From the NCBI RefSeq assembly GCF_000237865.1, contig NC_017457.1, positions 68,259 through 100,258 on the forward strand: a stretch of DNA of 32,000 nt, written 5' to 3'. Every line of letters begins with the position of its first letter. Position 1 is the first letter of the stretch. The notes below the pieces were generated by a model. It worked only from the letters and a program-made list of their open reading frames with translations, ran no database searches and was not told the origin of the DNA. A program made the position numbers and the translations under genes. The stretch comes from Haloquadratum walsbyi C23. GTDB lineage: Archaea; Halobacteriota; Halobacteria; Halobacteriales; Haloferacaceae. Below, piece after piece: positions 26,645 to 32,000 of this stretch.

Positions 26645-29600
26645 ATGTCATCTCGTCTCAATCCCTTTGACGCCCTCGATAACGTCCAATCCTCCTATCG
26701 ATCCTACGTCGAGACGTTTCAAAACGTCGACGATGAGACGATCAACGCTTGGATTGAGAACCGCATCGAGACGGGAAAGGTACTGTGGAAAGAACCGTTT
26801 GTTCAATTGAATCAACGCTTCAAGTACGGCGACACCCTGGAAGAGTTCGTTACGGACAATAAGCTCCACGAGAGTATTCTGGATGTATTCACCGGTGTCG
26901 GCGGCGATCCCATTGAGCCGTACAAACATCAGACCGAGGCAATTCAGTCTATCCAAGCAGGAAACAATACCATCGTTTCCACAGGGACAGGATCGGGGAA
27001 GAGCTTCGCCTTTGGGATTCCGATCGTCAGTCACTGTCTCGAAGCTAAAGAGCGAGGCGAGGACGGGATCAAAGCGGTCATTATCTACCCGATGAACGCT
27101 TTGGCGAACTCCCAGTACGAGGACTTCGCAGAGCGACTTGACGGGACAGGTCTCCGGCTGGGACTTTACACGGGTGACACACCGCACAACCCTGACGAGG
27201 CACCAGAGTTCCTCCGGCAGTTCGGTCGTGAAGAGGCGTTTGACTCCGAGATCGTCTCTCGGGAAGAGATGCAGAACGACCCGCCGGACATCCTGATGAC
27301 GAACTACGTCATGCTTGACCTCATCCTTACCCGACATGAAGACAAGAAGCTCTTCCCAGAGATGCACGAGGGAGCCTTACAGCATCTGGTACTAGACGAG
27401 ATCCACACCTACACCGGTCATCAGGGAGCCGACGTCGCCGCACTGGTCCGCCGGCTGAAGCAGCACACCGACGCTGGAAAGGAACTCGTCTGCGTCGGTA
27501 CTTCTGCGACGGTTCAGAGCGATGAGGGGATCAACGCCAACGACGAGATAGCCGAATTCACTGGGAAGATCTTTGGTGAGGAGGTCGACGTCAACAACGT
27601 CGTTCGGGAGTTCCATTACCCATTACCCCTCTCTGACGACGAACCGCTTCCTGACGACATCGAAGTCACCGAAGAGGACATCGCAACCTTCGACGGGAGT
27701 CTCGAAGCCGCACAAGACCTCACCGAGAAACTCCTCGACCGGGATCTGATGCCAGCTGAGACAACCGATGCGTCAGCACTCGGGAATGCGCTGGAGAATC
27801 ACCCAACGATCAAGTTCCTTGATGAAGAGCTTAGCTCCCAGAGCCAGCAGATCTTCGCCGGTGAGGATGACAAAAGCGATGACGGGAAGGATCTCGTCAG
27901 TAGCTATCAGGAACAGTACCGACCCGATGCATCTCGGTACGACATCGAGCAGGAACTACAGGCAGCCCTGCTAATGGGGACGGTTGGGACGACCGAGATA
28001 CAGGGCGAGGAACAGCCGATCTTCATCCCGAAACTCCACACCTTCTTCAGTCAGGGAAGTGGTCTCGTCTCCTGTCTCACCGAGGAGTCCCTCGATGACG
28101 ACGAACCACACCTGAGTGACGCCGGCGACATCGAGTGTCGCACGTGCGCACAAGAACACGACCGTTCTCGGACTGCCTACCCGCTCTCGTTCTGTCGGGG
28201 ATGCGGTCAGGAGTACTACACCACGGTTGTCGATCAAGAGAACACCGTCACACAAGGTGCGTTGAGTACCTTCGTAGACACGGAAGAGGACGAAGAGGAG
28301 GCGTACCTAATGCGGGGCGATTGGGATCGAGAAACGGCTCCACTCCCCGATGAGTGGCTAAATGAGAATGGGCAGCTTCGAGATACCTACATCGAGGCTG
28401 AACCCCGACCGGCTATTTACTGCCCCGATTGCGACCAACTCACTCCTGGACGAGTAGAACAGGGGCAGCTCGAATGTGGATGCTTCGCTGCGCAGGGGCT
28501 TGAGGTGATGCGGGTCAACCAGCCGTTCCTGTTCTGTCCGAACTGTGGCGTCCACTACACTCGCCGGGTCAAGAACGAGTTCAACAAGCTGTTTACCTTC
28601 GGGACTGTCGGCCGCTCGACAGCGACGGACATTCTCATCGGAAACACGATGCGGAACCTCCCCGATGACCAGCAGAAGACCATCGCCTTCTCTGACAACC
28701 GACAGGATACTGCATTGCAGGCGGCTCACCTCAATAACCTCTACCAGCGGATTCGATTCCGACGCTCGCTGTACCATACCCTTGTAGAGGGCGACGATGT
28801 AAGTCTCACGACGCTCGGAAACGATATCTTCGACCTCCTTGATGACAAGGAAGCCCTTCCGCCAGCCATAGATACAGGGATGTTCGGACCGTCGGCTGAG
28901 GATCGTCAGAACTACAGCGACTATCTGCTGTTCAACGTCATTCTCGAACTCGGTCGTGAACAGCAACGCACCCAGCAGAGTCTCAAAGACGTCGGACTGG
29001 TCAATGTCGAGTACGAGAACCTCGATAAGCTGGCGGATGTAGACGATGTTTGGGACTCGATCCCCGTACTTTCGAATGCAGATCCGACGGTGCGAGAGGA
29101 GTATGTTCACGGCTTCTTGGACATCTTCCGCCGGAGCATTGCAATAGACCACGATAGCACCACGAACTTCGCCGACTTCAAGCGAAACGTCATCAACCAG
29201 CTCGACGAAGAGGTTCATTTCCACGGGCAGGAGTTCTTCAATTTCCCAGTCGGGTACAGTGATACGGCAAGCACTAACGGAAGGCACCGGGTTCGCCGAC
29301 TTACACATCCTCGCTCTCGACACGTCCGTTGGACATCCCGTGCGTTAGACGTCGACACCGATACTGCGAAGTCAATTATTAACAGCGTCGTTGAGCTCAT
29401 CAGCGACGACGAAATACTCAAGCTGCTGACGCAGGAGTCGCTGAAGTACACTGGGAAAGTATATATGTTGAATCACAGTGCTGTTCGAGTCACGCATGCC
29501 AATCCCGAGGACGTACGGGTCTGTCCAAAATGTGGAACACCGACGACTCGGAATGAACTTGATGTCTGTCTGAATTACAGCTGTGATTCGATTATACCCG

Positions 29601-31951
29601 AGGAAACAAATCTTGAGTCGTCCTACTTCTATGACCTCTATACCGAGTCGCTTGATGACGCCGTTGATATCATCGCCGGCGAACACAGCGGTCAGGTTGA
29701 GAACGAAAGACGGAAACAGTTAGAGTCAGATTTCAGGGAGGGCGAAAAGGTGAATACTATTGTCTCAACGCCGACGATGGAACTCGGAATCGACATTGGT
29801 GATCTCTCGAATGTCTATATGCGGAACGTCCCACCAGACCCGAGTAACTACGCTCAGCGTTCCGGGCGGGCTGGACGGCAAAATCAGCCGTCGCTGGTCA
29901 CGACATTCTGTGGTCGTGGGTTCGGGCGTGGTTCTCACGACCAGTACTTCTACCAACATCCAGAACGGATCATCGCAGGAGAAATCAGCCCACCTACGTT
30001 CCTACTCAACAACCAGGATCTGATTGAGTCGCATATCAACGCCCTCGTTCTCGAACAGATTGAGCTCAAGTTCCAGAGCAAGCCCCGACAGATGCTGGTC
30101 ATCGAGGAAGGAAGCGACTACGAGATTATGCCCGATTATCGGGTAGACCTGGAGAATGCCGTCAAGAACAACCGACAGAAGATCATTCAGGCGGTGAGAC
30201 AAGCGTTTGTCCGTGAGCGTGAACAGGATACCGTCGGGGAGTGGTTCACCGATGGCTTCATCGAGCGCCAAGTGGACGACTTTGTCGAGAATCTCGATGA
30301 AGCCTTCGACCCGTGGCGTCGTGAGTACACCCGCTTGAGCCGTGAATTGCGGCGATTGAATCAACTCCTCGCCACCGAAGGAGGGTCATATCAAGATAGG
30401 ATCGAGCGCAACGCCATCGAAGACCGGCTTGAGGATATGCGTTCAGGGAACAAACGCTTCTATACTTATCAGTACCTCCGCTCACAAGGGTTTCTGCCGA
30501 ATTACGGATTCCCAAGACAGAGCACGACGCTAACATTCACTTCCCGAGAGGACGATATTCAGCGAGATCAGACACGGGCTATCAGCGAATTCGCTCCTGG
30601 AAATCACGTTTACTACGCCGGAGAGCGGTTTGCTGTGCGGTATGCCCGTCCTCGGACGAAAGACTCAGAGCCAGTTACCCGACATCTCCGTGTCTGCCCG
30701 GAGTGCGAGACCATCCTGATGGGAGAAGATGCTCAGGAGTCCGCAGCATGCCCCTCGTGTGAAACCTCGTTCGATGGAACTCATCCAAATCCGAATGCGA
30801 TGGAGCTCCCGAACCAACACGCTCAGCCAGAGGAGAATATCACCAGCGATGAGGAGGAGCGTCGTCGGCGGGGATACGAGATTAATAGCTATTACGAACG
30901 ATCTGATCCTCGACAATTTAAATTAGAGGGTAACGGGATCGAGGCTAGAGTAACATATGAAGCGAGTGCGAATATCGTTTTGATTAATAGTGGGCTCCGA
31001 GATTCTGATGAAGATGATCTCGACGGGTTTGCACTTTGTATGGAGTGTAACAAATGGCTGAACAGCAGGGATCAGATCGAGAGTCACGTTGACGAGGACG
31101 ATCCGGATTGCTATGCTAATGCATCAGAAGAAGCAGTCAAACATGAAATCGAGCTGTTCTCTGAAGGGCAACACGACACAGTGACGCTGACCACACCACT
31201 CCCCGAGGGGCTTGAACCTGAGCAAGCTGATGAATTTTATCGGACTCTTAAAGAAACCATCTATCAGGGTATTCTAGTTGCGTTTGACCTGGATGAGGAG
31301 GAAATTGACACCTTTGTCAAACCAGCAATGGGAGAGTATGGACAGGTCAGTATTGTGATCTACGAAACTAGTGAGGGAGGAGCAGGCGTGCTTCGCTCAC
31401 TAATGGATGAGGCACGGTTTAAAAAAGCAGTTCGGGAAGCACAGACTGTTGTTCACAAGGATACTGATGATGATGGTTGCGAGCGTGTGTGCTATGATTG
31501 TCTTTTGTCTTTCTACAACCAGCCAGAGCATGAGTTCCTCGATAGAACACTTGTTGACTCATGGTTAGATAATCTCGAAAATGCGACTCTGACTGAACTA
31601 AGCGAAACAAACAGGACTGAGATGACTGAAGAGAGATTTAATGAGCTTCTCAAAGCCTGTGAATCCAGTTTTGAGCGTGAGGTCCTTCACACTATTCGAG
31701 ATCAAGAGTTTGAATTTCCAGACCAGGCTCAAAAAACCGTCTACGACGGCGGTGAGCCAGTAGCAAAGCCCGACTTCTTTTACAAACGAACTGGGCGCTC
31801 TGTGGCTGTATTCGTCGACGGTCCTGCTCATCAGAAGGATTACGTCATACAGGATGACGAGCATAAACGAAGACGGCTGAAGAAGATGGGATATCGAGTT
31901 GTGGCAGTTACTGATATTGGGCAAGTCGAGGAGATGTGGGAAAACATCTAA
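26645..31951 (+). CDS. Giant SF2 DEAD/DEAH helicase with multiple Zn-ribbon insertions, a DUF1998-type C-terminal module and a terminal Vsr/DUF559-like nuclease fold (DrmA-DrmB-like fusion, COG1205-like)
   Basis: Motif I VSTGTGSGKSFAF (26978-27004). Motif II LVLDEIHTY (DEIH at 27395-27406). Motif III GTSAT. IAFSDNRQDTA. Motif V STPTMELGIDIGDL. Motif VI QRSGRAGR. CxxC pairs are present (CRTC..CRGC; CPDC; CPNC; CPKC). The ATG at 26645 (MSSRLNPFD) is preferred over 26606. Confidence 0.92.
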   Translation: MSSRLNPFDALDNVQSSYRSYVETFQNVDDETINAWIENRIETGKVLWKEPFVQLNQRFKYGDTLEEFVTDNKLHESILDVFTGVGGDPIEPYKHQTEAIQSIQAGNNTIVSTGTGSGKSFAFGIPIVSHCLEAKERGEDGIKAVIIYPMNALANSQYEDFAERLDGTGLRLGLYTGDTPHNPDEAPEFLRQFGREEAFDSEIVSREEMQNDPPDILMTNYVMLDLILTRHEDKKLFPEMHEGALQHLVLDEIHTYTGHQGADVAALVRRLKQHTDAGKELVCVGTSATVQSDEGINANDEIAEFTGKIFGEEVDVNNVVREFHYPLPLSDDEPLPDDIEVTEEDIATFDGSLEAAQDLTEKLLDRDLMPAETTDASALGNALENHPTIKFLDEELSSQSQQIFAGEDDKSDDGKDLVSSYQEQYRPDASRYDIEQELQAALLMGTVGTTEIQGEEQPIFIPKLHTFFSQGSGLVSCLTEESLDDDEPHLSDAGDIECRTCAQEHDRSRTAYPLSFCRGCGQEYYTTVVDQENTVTQGALSTFVDTEEDEEEAYLMRGDWDRETAPLPDEWLNENGQLRDTYIEAEPRPAIYCPDCDQLTPGRVEQGQLECGCFAAQGLEVMRVNQPFLFCPNCGVHYTRRVKNEFNKLFTFGTVGRSTATDILIGNTMRNLPDDQQKTIAFSDNRQDTALQAAHLNNLYQRIRFRRSLYHTLVEGDDVSLTTLGNDIFDLLDDKEALPPAIDTGMFGPSAEDRQNYSDYLLFNVILELGREQQRTQQSLKDVGLVNVEYENLDKLADVDDVWDSIPVLSNADPTVREEYVHGFLDIFRRSIAIDHDSTTNFADFKRNVINQLDEEVHFHGQEFFNFPVGYSDTASTNGRHRVRRLTHPRSRHVRWTSRALDVDTDTAKSIINSVVELISDDEILKLLTQESLKYTGKVYMLNHSAVRVTHANPEDVRVCPKCGTPTTRNELDVCLNYSCDSIIPEETNLESSYFYDLYTESLDDAVDIIAGEHSGQVENERRKQLESDFREGEKVNTIVSTPTMELGIDIGDLSNVYMRNVPPDPSNYAQRSGRAGRQNQPSLVTTFCGRGFGRGSHDQYFYQHPERIIAGEISPPTFLLNNQDLIESHINALVLEQIELKFQSKPRQMLVIEEGSDYEIMPDYRVDLENAVKNNRQKIIQAVRQAFVREREQDTVGEWFTDGFIERQVDDFVENLDEAFDPWRREYTRLSRELRRLNQLLATEGGSYQDRIERNAIEDRLEDMRSGNKRFYTYQYLRSQGFLPNYGFPRQSTTLTFTSREDDIQRDQTRAISEFAPGNHVYYAGERFAVRYARPRTKDSEPVTRHLRVCPECETILMGEDAQESAACPSCETSFDGTHPNPNAMELPNQHAQPEENITSDEEERRRRGYEINSYYERSDPRQFKLEGNGIEARVTYEASANIVLINSGLRDSDEDDLDGFALCMECNKWLNSRDQIESHVDEDDPDCYANASEEAVKHEIELFSEGQHDTVTLTTPLPEGLEPEQADEFYRTLKETIYQGILVAFDLDEEEIDTFVKPAMGEYGQVSIVIYETSEGGAGVLRSLMDEARFKKAVREAQTVVHKDTDDDGCERVCYDCLLSFYNQPEHEFLDRTLVDSWLDNLENATLTELSETNRTEMTEERFNELLKACESSFEREVLHTIRDQEFEFPDQAQKTVYDGGEPVAKPDFFYKRTGRSVAVFVDGPAHQKDYVIQDDEHKRRRLKKMGYRVVAVTDIGQVEEMWENI
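30477..31531 (+). other. DUF1998-like (MrfA/DrmB-type Zn-binding) region within the helicase ORF
   Basis: YQYLRSQGFLPNYGFP, then CPECETIL...CPSCE (from 30695), CMECNKW, and the terminal cluster CERVCYDCLLSFYNQPEH (31478-31531). This matches the C..C..CL..Y.N...H signature I associate with DUF1998. Confidence 0.65.
31673..31948 (+). other. C-terminal Vsr/DUF559-like PD-(D/E)xK-fold domain of the helicase ORF
   Basis: EREVLHTIRDQEFEFPDQ...AKPDFFYKRTGRSVAVFVDGPAHQKDYVIQDDEHKRRRLKKMGYRVVAV follows the E..l...f..Q...PDF....l.vE.DG..H....D..R...L...G..V pattern. The Glu before DG is replaced (VFVDG). Confidence 0.5.
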
Positions 31952-32000
31952 ATGACGAGGCTTTCTGAAGCCGTCTTTAATTATACATTATATAACCGAA

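Noticed and set aside
28358-29323. Long antisense ORFs inside the big GC-rich genes: 28358..29323 (321 aa), 26648..27367 (239 aa), 19368..20081 (237 aa), 4251..4730 (159 aa) and 17345..17854 (169 aa, opposite orc1).
   Set aside because: Each lies wholly inside a strongly supported, motif-bearing gene on the other strand. Their products are Arg/Ser/Val-rich and not acidic, and no domain is recognisable. They are typical shadow ORFs of GC-rich coding DNA.
21863-31951. Alternative classifications of the methylase plus helicase: BREX (PglX-like methylase), Druantia (DruE-like giant DUF1998 helicase), or a stand-alone Type IIG enzyme.
   Set aside because: No PglZ, BrxA, BrxB, BrxC or BrxL-like genes and no DruA-D, DruH or cytosine-methylase genes are in the window. 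The tight SNF2-methylase coupling fits DISARM class 1 better. Type IIG and DruE-like affinity cannot be fully excluded without profile searches, and this is noted in the findings.

Overview
This window looks like an accessory or defence island from a haloarchaeon. The predicted proteins are strongly acidic and the DNA is unusually AT-rich for the group. A Haloquadratum-like host is only an inference. Left (1-6.1 kb): a translationally coupled Type I R-M operon. It has two tandem hsdS genes separated by a 3' remnant of hsdM, then hsdR and a DUF45/YgjP-like HExxH metallohydrolase. Next come a divergent TBP paralogue and an HsdR_N-like PD-(D/E)xK domain protein. Middle (8-16.6 kb): an AT-rich, ORFan-dense stretch. 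It holds small two-TM proteins, a Tat lipoprotein, a coiled-coil plus putative wHTH protein with a truncated paralogue, and a frameshifted pentapeptide-repeat gene. This stretch is punctuated by a recurring palindromic hairpin motif (3 copies) and by a 26-bp perfect direct repeat flanking the lipoprotein gene. At 16.6-18.3 kb lies an orc1/cdc6 gene with an adjacent replication-origin-like structure: 58-nt inverted repeats around a G-rich block and an extremely AT-rich block. Right (19-32 kb): the most interesting locus. An SNF2 helicase is tightly coupled to a 1350-aa gamma-class N6-adenine methyltransferase. After a 0.7-kb AT-rich spacer comes a ~1770-aa DEAD/DEAH helicase with several Zn-ribbons, a DUF1998-type Cys cluster and a C-terminal Vsr/DUF559-like nuclease fold. 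I read this as a compact DISARM class-1-like system with DrmA, DrmB and a nuclease fused in one polypeptide. Both the methylase and helicase genes switch from GC-rich to AT-rich composition in their 3' parts. No rRNA, tRNA, CRISPR array or intact IS element was seen.
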